A DNA stretch of 31,374 nt from a virus. Its lineage: Duplodnaviria > Heunggongvirae > Uroviricota > Caudoviricetes. Location of the stretch: IMG/VR virus record IMGVR_UViG_2802429243_000002, one strand, 5' to 3'. Shown here piece by piece: positions 10,407 through 20,296 of the stretch. The position numbers and the translations under genes were made by a program. The first letter of the stretch is position 1, and the number at the start of each line of letters is the position of its first letter. The notes under the pieces are model-generated. The model was not told the origin of the DNA. It searched no databases and was given only the letters and a program-made list of their open reading frames with translations.

Positions 10407-11047
10407 TTGTCGGTATACCTCTCTCGTTTGCTCAGTTGTTCAGGAATATGGTGCAGCAGCTCGCCATCACCACAGTAAATGGCGGCATGATTCGGCACCG
10501 ATGAACCAAAACAGCACAGCAGCACATCGCCCGGTTGTGCTGATGACAACGGCACCTGATACAGCCCTGTGGCCTCCAGATTATCCAGATAGAGATTCTG
10601 ACCGTGACGCCACCAGTCATCCTCGCGATGAAAATCCGGCATCTCAATCCCCGCCAGATGATAAGCATCCCGGAACAGCGTGTAACAGTCCGTCACCCCG
10701 TGCTCAAAGCGCCGCCCGGTGAGATGCGGCACACAGCGGAACTTATGAATCGTCCCCCGGCAGACCAGCCACCACGGCAAATCACTCTGCACCTGCAGCC
10801 GCCGGTCGGCCTCACTCAGCCAGGGCAGACCACCGGGGTGGCTGTGGACCAGCGCCACAATCTCACCCTGCATTTCTGCCTGCAGCCAGTCCTCCGGAGC
10901 CATCCGGAAATAATCCTCCGGCTCACCGGAAATATTCACGCAGGGAAAATATCTTTCCCCCTCCGGCGCTCTCACCACGAAGCCGCACGACTCCGCTGGC
11001 GCACATCGCCGGGCGTGCGCCAGAATCGCTGATTCTGTCTGTGTCAT
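10304..11047 (-). CDS. K: Tail assembly protein K (JAMM/MPN plus NlpC/P60-type domains)
   Basis: 247 aa. Contains the JAMM metalloprotease motif HSHPGGLPWLSEAD (HxH-x7-S-x2-D) and a Cys/His-containing C-terminal half. Positioned between L and I. Confidence 0.88.
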   Translation of the reverse strand: MTQTESAILAHARRCAPAESCGFVVRAPEGERYFPCVNISGEPEDYFRMAPEDWLQAEMQGEIVALVHSHPGGLPWLSEADRRLQVQSDLPWWLVCRGTIHKFRCVPHLTGRRFEHGVTDCYTLFRDAYHLAGIEMPDFHREDDWWRHGQNLYLDNLEATGLYQVPLSSAQPGDVLLCCFGSSVPNHAAIYCGDGELLHHIPEQLSKRERYTDKWQRRTHSLWRHRAWRASAFTGICNDLAAASTFV

Positions 11048-11052
11048 GGGAT

Positions 11053-11751
11053 TTACTGCGAAAGTTTGTTAATGGAAAGGAAGCCGCCAAAGTTGCCGAC
11101 ATTATTGCGAAACTTACAACCGCTCAGGCATTTGCTGCATTTATCCTTCATGATATCGGACGTCGGCTGGTCATATTCATCCGCAACAACCGGACCGTTA
11201 TAACCGCACTCATCACCGCGATAGGTCCAGGTGCAGGTATTAGCCAGCATGATGCGCCCCGGAAAAACGGCACCATCCGTTTCAGTCGGTGTGGACAGTA
11301 CAAAAGAGGCACTGACCGCGCTCAGTTCGCTGCACTGCTCGATGCGCCAGCGGCTGATCACCTCCTGCTCCGGATCGGCTTCGCTGTTTCCGTTGATGAA
11401 GTTCACCGCATCCAGAAAACGGGCATAAACCTTACGCCTGACCACCGTTCCGCCGACCAGACTCTGCAGGTCTTCGGCCATCCCGGTGACCATGCCATAC
11501 AGGTTAGATACCTTAAGTGTGGGACGTGCGCTGCTGCCCTTACCGTTCATCTCAAAGCCGCTTCCCTGAATGGGGTACGCCTGATACTTTCGCCCCTGCC
11601 AGGTAACCGGTTCACCTTTTTCATTCTGCTCATTGCAGAAAAAGTAACGCTCCCCACCGACCTCTGTCAGATCAATTTCCCAGAGCACCACGCTGGCCGT
11701 CTGCTCCACACAGATGCATTCATTCAGTGTTTCCTGTCGTATGTCCTGCAT
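11053..11751 (-). CDS. L: Minor tail protein L
   Basis: 232 aa between M and K. Cys-rich C-terminal region (CTWTYRGDECGYNG, CSKCLSGCKF) consistent with the iron-sulfur-binding gpL family. Confidence 0.88.
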   Translation of the reverse strand: MQDIRQETLNECICVEQTASVVLWEIDLTEVGGERYFFCNEQNEKGEPVTWQGRKYQAYPIQGSGFEMNGKGSSARPTLKVSNLYGMVTGMAEDLQSLVGGTVVRRKVYARFLDAVNFINGNSEADPEQEVISRWRIEQCSELSAVSASFVLSTPTETDGAVFPGRIMLANTCTWTYRGDECGYNGPVVADEYDQPTSDIMKDKCSKCLSGCKFRNNVGNFGGFLSINKLSQ

Positions 11752-12089
11752 CAGATCACCACTTCGTCAAACTGACACGAAAAATCGGTATAGGTGATAT
11801 GTTCTGTCGCTGACCACGTTCGACACACCACTCTGATTTTTCTGTTAATACCCGGCGGGCGCCAAAAAAAAGATTTATAGCCTTCATGCCGGGCTAAAAA
11901 TTTTTCAAATGAATCACGTTCATTCGCCTCAACTTTGAAATCACAGGTGAAAACGCGCAGAGAATGATTAAGTCCATTTGGACTTCGTTGCTCATAACCA
12001 TCACCAAATCTTACAGTTTTTATCGATGGTTTATTTTCTGTTTTCATTCCATCCTCTGGTAACCAGTGAAATTCTTCCGTATTAGCCAC
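11751..12089 (-). CDS. M: Minor tail protein M
   Basis: 112 aa. Overlaps the H 3' end by 8 nt and the L start by 1 nt, matching the lambda H-M-L arrangement. Confidence 0.82.
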
Positions 12090-15000
12090 TTAACATTCCC
12101 CCATCACGTCGCATATTTAACAGATTGCCCTGCACCCGCTGATCAACCATCCCCATAAGTGCTTTTATTGCCTGAGGGCCAATCTCTCCATTCTGGCCGT
12201 CATTTTGAATAGTGATTTGGTATACAGGGGCATAGGTAATATCTCCGCCTCCATTACCACTTTTACTATTAATAGCTCTGACACCAAGAGAACCATCGGA
12301 AGTTCGTGTTAATGGCATAATAGCTTCCGGTCCAGCCTCACCAAAAACACCAGCCCCTTTTGCAAAAGCAAAAAATTGCGGGGAATCATAAATACCGTTC
12401 GAATACGTGCTCAATGACGGAGACTCATAAACACCGCCCTTTGCATTCGGAATAAATTTACTAATAGCACTCCCGATAGTTCCTAAAATCCCCCCAGAAG
12501 AACTGTTACTAATGCTGTCGAAAATCCCAGTAATTGAAGCCTTTAATGCTATTCGACTAAGATCCGAAATCACGGAAGTAGCGAAAGAACGAAAATTTGC
12601 CTTGCCTGTCGTGACAAAATCACCCAGCGCATCGGTCATCCCATCAAACATCTGAGTCGTGGTTGATTTTATCTGCTCACTGATATCCTTAGTGTCATCC
12701 AGCCAGTTATTGAATCCCTGGGAGGCACCACTAACCCAGTCTCCTGCCTGAATATCGAGCTGCTCGTTTTTCTGTCTGACAATTTCTTTTTCCCGTTCCA
12801 GAGCATCATTCAGAGCCTGCATTTTCTCTTGAAAAACATGATCTGACATTCCACGGGATTTATCTGCATAGTCACGTTCAAGTTGCAGACGCTGATTGTT
12901 ATATCCATGTTCAATCCGCAGTAATTCCTGCTGGCGTTGCTGATTTTTATCGCCAACCCCATAACCAGCAATCTGAATATCATACCCCTGCTGACGATTA
13001 TCAATCGAAGCCTGCAATGAATCACGCCATGCTGTTATTTCGGCGGATTCCTTGATTAGCCTGTTATTTTTTTCAATCGCAACATTTTTCTCCATCAACG
13101 CGGTTATTTCTTCCCGGTGTAAGAGAAGCGATTTCTGATCCTGGGTTAATTTCGTTGATGGTCGTGACTCTAGGTCGGCAATCCGCTGACGCCACTTAAC
13201 CAGTTCCTGTTCAGAGGAACTTAATTTAACGGTCAACTCAGCTTGTGAACTTAGTAACGCATTCTGTTGATTCAGATGATCAATCATTCGTTGGGCTGCA
13301 TCATCAGAATAACCTTTCGCCTTTGGTTGCTTTGGATCTTTATAACGCTCATTTATTTGAGCGATAAGATTATTATATTCTTCCTTTGAATACTGATTCT
13401 TTAGCTTTTCCAGTTTTGCAAGTTCACTAGCTCTCTGCTGCTCCCGGGTCTGATATTGTTTTGAAAAGGCATCTGCTCTCTGTCTGAGTTCAATTCCTTC
13501 CTGTTGTCGCTTGTTGTAATCGTTTATTGATGAATTTAGTACGTCCTGAGCAATTTTTTCTGCTTGAAGTACGCCCAATTGCTGCTTTAATCGTGCCAGC
13601 CTTTTATTTTGAGCTCCGCCATCTCCAATGCCACCTAACCCGAAAACTCCGGGTCGGGTATTTTTTTCTATTTCATCAATTTGACGGAGAACATCTGAGA
13701 TTTTTTGATCAAGGGAGGTCTCACGGCCAATATCCAGCATGGAATCCCATGCCCATTTTGCGGAGTCTGCGACAGCTTTCCATGCAGTCTCAAGATAACC
13801 AAGATTTTCTTTAATCTGGTTGGTGCGCTGGATCATTGAGGATGAGTATTCTTCTGTCGCAATGCGGGCGGCCTCCTGCTGGTTCCCTTCATCCTGTAGC
13901 GCCTTAATCTGGTTATAAGTCGCAAGTGTCAGAAAATGGTACTGATCATTAAGTTTTGATATGGCACTGACAGGATCCTTTGCAATTTCGTTGAAGTCAT
14001 TAACCAGTTGTTCGGTTGATATTCCTGTTACTTCGCTCGTTTTTACTATCGCTGTCGTCACTTGCTCCAGCGAACTGCTCGCTACCTTTCCCGAACGCAC
14101 AAGCTGATTTAATACTGCCGCCGCAGCACCAGTTGTCGAATCAGCCGCATTCCCGGCACGTTGAGCTATATCGCCCAATTGCCCGCTGGTTGTCCCCAAC
14201 TGATTTCCGGTAAGAATAAGAGATTTATTAAATTCGTCCTGCTCCTGAGAGCCTTTATAGTAAGCCAGTCCTAAGACCCCAACGGCTGCTGCGGCCAGGG
14301 TAAAAGGATTAACTAATCCCAGCACATAAGAACCTACACCTTTGATCGCCGGGCCAATCCCACCGAACATATCTTTTAGCTGGCCGCCCTGCTGCATTAA
14401 CACCATAAATGGCGACTGACCAGTGGACAACCCAACAACAATATCCGTCATTTGTGCAGGCAACATGCGCATAGCAAAAGCCGTTTGTTTTGCCGACATT
14501 CCGGTTTTGCTTAATTGTGATTGAGTAACCTCAAGCTCACTCCGCATAGCACGAAGTTTTCCAGAAAGCTCCTCATACATTTCAGGAGAAAGCATCCCCT
14601 TAGCTTTTGCTTCATTGAGCTGTTTCTGTTGTTCTACCAGACGATTAAAAGCAGTTCCGACAGGATCAAGTTGAGCAATCAGACGTTGCAAAGCAACAAC
14701 CTGTTCATCATGCGCTTTTGCTGCTTCTCGCTCTGCCTGAGCCTCTCCGGTAAGCTCTCGCCGTGTTTCCTGTATTTTTCGGCTATAGTTCTCAAACTGA
14801 GAACCATTTATTTTCCCGGATGCAAACGCAGCATTAAGTTCATCATGCTGTTGTTCAAGATTTCTTAGCGCCGCAGCCAGAGGGTCGATCTTGTCCAGCA
14901 TTCTTTGAAAGGCCTGAGCCTGCGCTTCCTGCTGGGCGGCAGCAAGTTTTCCGGCCTTCTCGGCTTCTCTCTGCGCTTGCGCAACCCCGCTCAATTCCTC

Positions 15001-15315
15001 TGTGGTTTCATTAAGTTTACGGACAAGAAATTCATATTCTTCTTTATCAATAAGCCCTTTATCGAAAAATTTCTTTAATTCAGAATAGCGTCGACCGACA
15101 GTATCAATTGCGGCACCAACTGGATCAATAGCTGCTTTTAATTTTGCGAGCGCGTTCTTCTCATCTTCTGTTGCCTTAGTCACTTTCCCTGCGCTATTTG
15201 CAGCAGTTTCCCCAGCCTGCGTCATTTTGACTAATGAGGAGGTCAGATTGTCAGCATTATTTTTCGCTCCAGTGCTATCAATAATTATTGCGAGACGCGA
15301 GGTTTGCTCTGCCAT
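12082..15315 (-). CDS. H: Tail tape measure protein
   Basis: 1077 aa with long coiled-coil-like Q/E/K/A-rich segments and a Gly-rich hydrophobic segment; located between G-T and M. SD AGGAG upstream of the ATG. Confidence 0.9.
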
Positions 15316-15332
15316 TTATTAAAACTCCTGAC

Positions 15333-15360
15333 AACAAAAAACCCACCGCGAAGTGGGTTT
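15333..15360 (-). terminator. Terminator-like hairpin in the T-H intergenic gap
   Basis: Minus-strand AAACCCAC-UUCGCG-GUGGGUUU followed by UUUGUUG, about 20 nt upstream of the H SD. Confidence 0.55.
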
Positions 15361-15480
15361 CAGGCGACATAATAGTAGATATAGCGATTACGAGGCCACG
15401 CAATGCTTTTCTCCAGGAGCATCATCGATTTAATTAAAGACACCATCACATCTCTGTAACAGAGTGTACGTAATTAACAA

Positions 15481-15801
15481 CTACACACACTGCTCCTGAA
15501 AATACTGGTCATCCAGTGCAAAGATCACTGCTTCAAATTCATCGCGCTCAATCAATACCGGATGAGTGGCTAAATATTCATTTATCTCTGTCAGAGATAA
15601 AGGCAAAGGCACCCCAGCCATTCCAGCATAACGTCGGGCACGGGATATTACCGAATAGGCGTACAACAACTCCTTAAGCACCGGGTCTATTTCTGGTTCC
15701 GGTATCGGTGGCAACCTGAGTTTTTCTCGCTTCCATCTTGCCTTTTCCCCCCTTTCTCCCCCGAACTCCGATAACCACCGCTGGGCAGCTATGGCTTTTT
15801 T
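15481..15801 (-). CDS. T: T segment of the tail assembly chaperone G-T fusion (reached by -1 frameshift from G)
   Basis: The -1 frame is open from the slippery site at the G 3' end through the stop at 15481. The ORF-track entry 15481..15714 is the same frame from an internal TTG. Confidence 0.75.
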   Translation of the reverse strand, partial: KKAIAAQRWLSEFGGERGEKARWKREKLRLPPIPEPEIDPVLKELLYAYSVISRARRYAGMAGVPLPLSLTEINEYLATHPVLIERDEFEAVIFALDDQYFQEQCV

Positions 15802-16250
15802 ATCGTATCCTGCTTCTGCTGCTCTTTACCCTGGGCGATGCTGGCTGCTTCTGCAAGGATCTGCCAGTACAACTCTGGATTCTGCTTAAGCAGCGCGATC
15901 CCTCGTTCTGCCGTATATTCCAGTGCAACCTCAACACCATTAACCAGTTCACCAACCCCTTTCCAGTCTTTCAGCAGATAACGAGCGGCATTATCAATGA
16001 GTAAATCATCAACAGAATCCACCTCGGAAACCTTTGAAATATCAAACTCCTTCGTTCCGACGTGCAAACTGGCATCCATTTTCTCAATGTGGCGACGGAT
16101 TAATGCATTACGGGAGCGATACTGATCGTTATCGCTGCTTGCCACCAACAGTTTTAACCCGTCTACAGGTTTTAAGTCCTTCATTGGCGTAAACCAGCGT
16201 TCTCCACCAATGATAATTTTCTGATTAAGAATAAACATCCATAACCTCAT
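15789..16250 (-). CDS. G: Tail assembly chaperone G
   Basis: 153-aa ORF between the major tail protein and tape measure genes. It ends 2 codons after an A_AAA_AAG heptamer. Confidence 0.75.
   Translation of the reverse strand: MRLWMFILNQKIIIGGERWFTPMKDLKPVDGLKLLVASSDNDQYRSRNALIRRHIEKMDASLHVGTKEFDISKVSEVDSVDDLLIDNAARYLLKDWKGVGELVNGVEVALEYTAERGIALLKQNPELYWQILAEAASIAQGKEQQKQDTIKKP
15795..15801 (-). other. Programmed -1 ribosomal frameshift site (A_AAA_AAG)
   Basis: On the minus strand the G frame reads ATA AAA AAG CCA TAG. The heptamer A AAA AAG is the dnaX-type slippery sequence, and the -1 frame continues open into T. Confidence 0.75.
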
Positions 16251-16298
16251 TCAATGCGTCCCCCTGTAGGGCAGTACCACAGGAGGAATAACGGAAAA

Positions 16299-17261
16299 TC
16301 AACTAATCGCCTCAGCACTGGCTTTTGCGATCACGGCAGCCGGGGAATTTTTTTTTCTGGTTATCGTAGGTGCTTCATCTGCTGCGGTAATGCTCAATTG
16401 AACCTGGATAATGTCGCTATTACCCCCATCAGGCCATTCACCTGACACCTGAACCTTCGGGAAACTGAAAGTGTATGCCCCCTCTCCATTCGAAAGCGTG
16501 AAGCTGAACGGAACTGTTTCTCCAGTCAGTGTTTTACTCCAGATTTCCCACGCGGCTTTAGACCATGAAAGCGTCACCGTACCGGACGGTGTAAAAGTAG
16601 TCGGAATATTTGCTCCTGCATAAGGCGAGCCAGTCCCGATACAACGCTGTGTCTGGAGTTTGTTATCGAACTGAATATCAAAACTGTCGATACAAAAACC
16701 GTTACCTCCGGCAACACCATTCAGGCTTACTGCTGAAACCTCCTTAAACGAATAACGTAGCTTTCCTGCACTATCCACAGGTTCGCCTTTGATAAAATTC
16801 GTATCATCGGCCTTTGATTCCCAGTCCAGTCCGGCAAAGGTTACGGTCGCTGTAATATCGCCGTCGTTAGGGATCTGCATTTTCCATGAGCCAACCTGCG
16901 CTCCTCTGACGACAGAGGCAATTCCGACATCGGACGCATAGGTCGCCAGAGAAAATGTTATTCGCTCATTCCCCATTGTCAGAGAATCGCCTGACCATTC
17001 CGCGCCGAAACAGGATGCAAGAAAATCATCATGTTGACCCCAGCGAAATTTGGTACCAACATCACCGCCGACATCCACAGTGCCAGGCGTCGCCCCCTGA
17101 GCCATCCGGGAGCCACCAATCTCATTATTTTCGCCTTTATTCTGGGTGGGTTTTACTCCCCAGCTTGTGCGTTTTAATAAACTCCAGTCACCACTTGCTG
17201 GCGTAGTGCCTGCAACCGTCTCCCGGATAAATGCCGAGATAACCTTTGCACCTGAACTCAC
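16299..17261 (-). CDS. Major tail (tube) protein
   Basis: 320-aa ORF directly upstream of the G/G-T chaperones. The C-terminal approximately 90 residues look like an Ig-like decoration domain. Assigned by synteny. Confidence 0.75.
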   Translation of the reverse strand: MSSGAKVISAFIRETVAGTTPASGDWSLLKRTSWGVKPTQNKGENNEIGGSRMAQGATPGTVDVGGDVGTKFRWGQHDDFLASCFGAEWSGDSLTMGNERITFSLATYASDVGIASVVRGAQVGSWKMQIPNDGDITATVTFAGLDWESKADDTNFIKGEPVDSAGKLRYSFKEVSAVSLNGVAGGNGFCIDSFDIQFDNKLQTQRCIGTGSPYAGANIPTTFTPSGTVTLSWSKAAWEIWSKTLTGETVPFSFTLSNGEGAYTFSFPKVQVSGEWPDGGNSDIIQVQLSITAADEAPTITRKKNSPAAVIAKASAEAIS

Positions 17262-17287
17262 AGGAGCCTCCTATGTCATTAATTGCG

Positions 17288-17680
17288 CTAGAGCGCGCGA
17301 TATGGAATTTGAAGATTAAGCTGGAACCAGCCATTCTTTTCGCCAACGGCTATTGAGGAAACAGCCTGGTAACTGAGACGATCGTCATCCTGAAACTCAA
17401 ACAGTTCCCGCAATTTATCGGCTGTCTCAGTAATGAGTTTTGAACCAGAACCTGCGGGGACAAATAACTGAATAATGATTATCCCCGTGCGATAAACAAT
17501 CGGCCCCGCGCCAATTTCATTAACTCCAGCCTGCCCGGGAATATTACTTAACCGCGCCCAGATTAACTTACCGGAAGGATCGAACGTTGGCGCGTTCGGA
17601 TACAATACGTCTTTTCCATCAATAATCGTCTGTGCCGTCATTCTAGAAATAACCGTATTTCTGATTTCAGTAAACGTCAT
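17288..17680 (-). CDS. Tail terminator-like protein
   Basis: 130-aa ORF immediately upstream of the major tail protein gene. Assigned by synteny and size. Confidence 0.55.
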   Translation of the reverse strand: MTFTEIRNTVISRMTAQTIIDGKDVLYPNAPTFDPSGKLIWARLSNIPGQAGVNEIGAGPIVYRTGIIIIQLFVPAGSGSKLITETADKLRELFEFQDDDRLSYQAVSSIAVGEKNGWFQLNLQIPYRAL

Positions 17681-18057
17681 TTGTAAGCCTGTAAAACACC
17701 ATGAAAAGCGTTGGCATACACGCCAGTTGGCGCTTGTTGTGAATGACCGTTTTCAAGATCCTCTGCATAAGGAAGGTTATTCTGGATATAAATAACTCCG
17801 TAATTTGCAGCTTTCGAAATAACCCCGATCCCACGCTGAACCGCAATCGTACCGTTCGGATCCACGTTATCAGATATACCAAAATCGGGATGCTGTAACG
17901 ACACCAGGTTGTTATTTCTGAAACGTCCGGTATCAACCGGAGCAGCAATATCAATAGCAGTAAGAATCTGCATAGCGATGTAGCGAATTTTCAGCCCCAC
18001 ATCTTCCTCAATCATCCCGGCAAATATTGACGGTTCTATATCCCATGCCTTTGCCAT
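17677..18057 (-). CDS. Neck / tail completion protein (HK97 gp10-like position)
   Basis: 126 aa; 4-nt overlap with the downstream gene. Assigned by synteny. Confidence 0.55.
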   Translation of the reverse strand: MAKAWDIEPSIFAGMIEEDVGLKIRYIAMQILTAIDIAAPVDTGRFRNNNLVSLQHPDFGISDNVDPNGTIAVQRGIGVISKAANYGVIYIQNNLPYAEDLENGHSQQAPTGVYANAFHGVLQAYK

Positions 18058-18441
18058 TTACGCTCTCCTTAACTGGATAGAGTAAACTGATGCGGAAGGA
18101 TCTACACTCGCTGTAATTACCTCGTATCGTTGTAACTGCCTTAATACAGGATCATAAATCTCAATAATATGGTCGACAGCGGGTTTATCCGTAACCTCGC
18201 ATACCAGAGCGGTTAATTTAAGGTCACCATGCAAAATATTAATCCCATCAATTCTGCCCAGCTTATAACGTGTCAACACGCCTCGCCCGGTATAGATTGC
18301 GGTGGATTCGCCGCCAGTTTCCGTCACAGGATCCCAGTGCCGGTGCGTAACGTAAGAACCAGAAAAATCACTCACGGCGTCCGCTAAATCCTCATCAAAA
18401 GCAGCGGCAACCTCTGACTGAATCTCTTCACGAAGCCCCAT
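18058..18441 (-). CDS. Head closure / head-tail joining protein
   Basis: 127 aa, abutting the adaptor gene. Assigned by synteny. Confidence 0.55.
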   Translation of the reverse strand: MGLREEIQSEVAAAFDEDLADAVSDFSGSYVTHRHWDPVTETGGESTAIYTGRGVLTRYKLGRIDGINILHGDLKLTALVCEVTDKPAVDHIIEIYDPVLRQLQRYEVITASVDPSASVYSIQLRRA

Positions 18442-18836
18442 TATCCCCCCCTCACAACCCTGACTTGTGAGCGACTAAGTCCGTACGGTTTCAGCAGTGC
18501 TATCGCAAGCTGTAAATCGGGTTCAAGCAATACAGTGCTGTTTGCTGACAACTCAGCAAATGATTTCGATACACTGACCCCGTCAGCCGACACGGCTTTA
18601 CTGATAACAACGCCAGAATCATTTTTCTGCTGAAACAACTTACCGAATGAGGCAATTCTGGCTGCATATGCTCCCGCAAGTTTTACCTCTTCCGGAATAC
18701 GGGATGGGTTAATTTTCAGGTTGAAGCCATTAAGCCAGGCATTAGCCATTAAAACAGCTTTATTTTTAGCGTTCTCACTCGTCCAGGCGTTCCCAAACGC
18801 ATTATCAACGTCATCACAGGTCACGTAAGTGATCAT
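18441..18836 (-). CDS. Head-tail adaptor (gp6-like) protein
   Basis: 131 aa, first connector gene downstream of the capsid gene. Assigned by synteny. Confidence 0.55.
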   Translation of the reverse strand: MITYVTCDDVDNAFGNAWTSENAKNKAVLMANAWLNGFNLKINPSRIPEEVKLAGAYAARIASFGKLFQQKNDSGVVISKAVSADGVSVSKSFAELSANSTVLLEPDLQLAIALLKPYGLSRSQVRVVRGG

Positions 18837-18839
18837 GTG

Positions 18840-19016
18840 TTACTCCTGAGTTTTCCAGCCCATAGCCTTCCAGTTGTCAACTTCATCAGGATGAACATTA
18901 GCGATAGTTGGTGCGCCGGGAAACATCTGATAATCGGTCACCATAACCACTAACTCAATTTGCGTTTTTTGTGCGGCTTCACGCTGTGCTCTTTGCTCTT
19001 TAGTTAATCCGGCCAT
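18840..19016 (-). CDS. Small hypothetical protein (58 aa), not in the ORF track
   Basis: ATG at 19016 with a GGAGG SD 5-6 nt upstream; translation MAGLTKEQRAQREAAQKTQIELVVMVTDYQMFPGAPTIANVHPDEVDNWKAMGWKTQE. Fills the gap between the capsid and adaptor genes and its stop abuts the next start. Confidence 0.55.
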   Translation of the reverse strand: MAGLTKEQRAQREAAQKTQIELVVMVTDYQMFPGAPTIANVHPDEVDNWKAMGWKTQE

Positions 19017-19025
19017 ATGCCCTCC

Positions 19026-19048
19026 ATTAAAAATGGGGCCGAAGCCCC
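19026..19048 (-). terminator. Terminator-like hairpin downstream of the major capsid gene
   Basis: Minus-strand GGGGC-UUCG-GCCCC followed by AUUUUUAAU. Confidence 0.6.
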
Positions 19049-19058
19049 GTTTGAATGT

Positions 19059-20198
19059 TTAACCAAGAATCAGACAACCATGTGCCGGCTTCACTGATGA
19101 AACACCCCATGCCAGTCCAACTTCATAGCGCACCTGGCGATACTGACGATACAGTGCAATCTGGAACGTAATCCCTGAAATCGGGTCCGTAACATTCATT
19201 ACATCATCAGCATTATCGCCACCTTCCGGCATTGCCGGAGTACGGGATGCCAGCAGAAACGCGTTGCGATCAAACGCCATATTTGCAGTAAAGGAGCCAA
19301 CAACTGTGATTGCAGTATCATCGGCCAGATCCTGACGCAGTCCGGGCGCTGCAAGAGTAATCAGATTGCTGGTCGCTGCTGCCACAACATACTGATTCGG
19401 ATCGCCAGCGAACGTAACAATCTGACCTGCAGAAATACTCCCCGAACCAGTATCAATGGAAATAAGAACATCGCCTTCTTTTTTCTCGCCATTCACGAGA
19501 TAACCAGTTGCAGCAACCTTTGGCGCTCGTTTTACACCTGCCGAACTGTGAATATTGAATCCCTCCAGACGCCCCAACACGCCCTCACGCAGTAGCTGTT
19601 CAGTGCCGGATTCATTCACTTTAAACAGTACAGACTGTTTTCCGCGCAAATTAGCAATGGCAGTGGAGCCAAGCACCATCTGCAGATCGGTTGTCGGTGC
19701 GCCGTTATCCTCCAGAACCTGACGAGCCAGAGCAGCATCAGAAAGATCATCTTTAACACCAAACGGCGTTGTCCCTGCGGTTCCCACGGCGCGGGAAGCA
19801 CCGAAATACAACGCACCAAGATCAGCCTCAACCTCGTTTGCAAGGGCGCGAAAAGCCTGCTTGAACTGATCAGCCAGAATGGTGTTGTAAGTCCCTGAAG
19901 GGCCAAGAGCCAGTTGTTCTTCACCATTCCATTTAACCGGTGCCATTTTGGATTTAGTAATTTTCACATCAACAGTGCCAATATTTTGATCACCGGTATT
20001 CGGAGCTGACGGCCCCGGTACGATATCTTCGGTTTTCGCCTCAGGCGCAACTGGCGCGGTTACCGTCTGATCTTTTGCTGCGGCGTCAGCTTTTGCGTTT
20101 TTTGCTACCGCAGGGATAAAACCTACCTGCTCACGGGATACAATATCCAGGGCGGTATAAATAGTCGGGATCAACCCGGTCAGGGTATTTCCAGCCAT
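19059..20198 (-). CDS. Major capsid protein
   Basis: Probable ATG at 20198 (MAGNTLTGLIP...) preceded by an AAGGAA SD; the ORF track extends 31 codons further upstream. 379 aa, downstream of the scaffold gene and upstream of the connector genes. Confidence 0.8.
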   Translation of the reverse strand: MAGNTLTGLIPTIYTALDIVSREQVGFIPAVAKNAKADAAAKDQTVTAPVAPEAKTEDIVPGPSAPNTGDQNIGTVDVKITKSKMAPVKWNGEEQLALGPSGTYNTILADQFKQAFRALANEVEADLGALYFGASRAVGTAGTTPFGVKDDLSDAALARQVLEDNGAPTTDLQMVLGSTAIANLRGKQSVLFKVNESGTEQLLREGVLGRLEGFNIHSSAGVKRAPKVAATGYLVNGEKKEGDVLISIDTGSGSISAGQIVTFAGDPNQYVVAAATSNLITLAAPGLRQDLADDTAITVVGSFTANMAFDRNAFLLASRTPAMPEGGDNADDVMNVTDPISGITFQIALYRQYRQVRYEVGLAWGVSSVKPAHGCLILG

Positions 20199-20296
20199 AA
20201 TTAAATATTCCTTAAAAATTTGCGTAATTGTGAATAGATGGAGTAATGAGCTATCCAGCCCTGACACCAGCTCCCATCCGGAAGCTGACAAATGTG

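Noticed and set aside
11041-11775. 244-aa plus-strand ORF
   Set aside because: Antisense to minor tail protein L, which has conserved Cys motifs and correct synteny.
14521-14868. 115-aa plus-strand ORF inside the tape measure gene
   Set aside because: Antisense to H, with low-complexity hydrophobic translation and no ribosome-binding site.
15360-15446. 28-aa minus-strand ORF in the T-H gap
   Set aside because: No convincing ribosome-binding site, Tyr-rich odd composition; it ends inside the terminator-like hairpin.
19059-20291. Longer N-terminal extension of the capsid gene (track start at 20291)
   Set aside because: The internal ATG at 20198 has a proper AAGGAA SD and gives MAGNTLTGLIP; the 31 upstream codons are probably read-through of the intergenic region.
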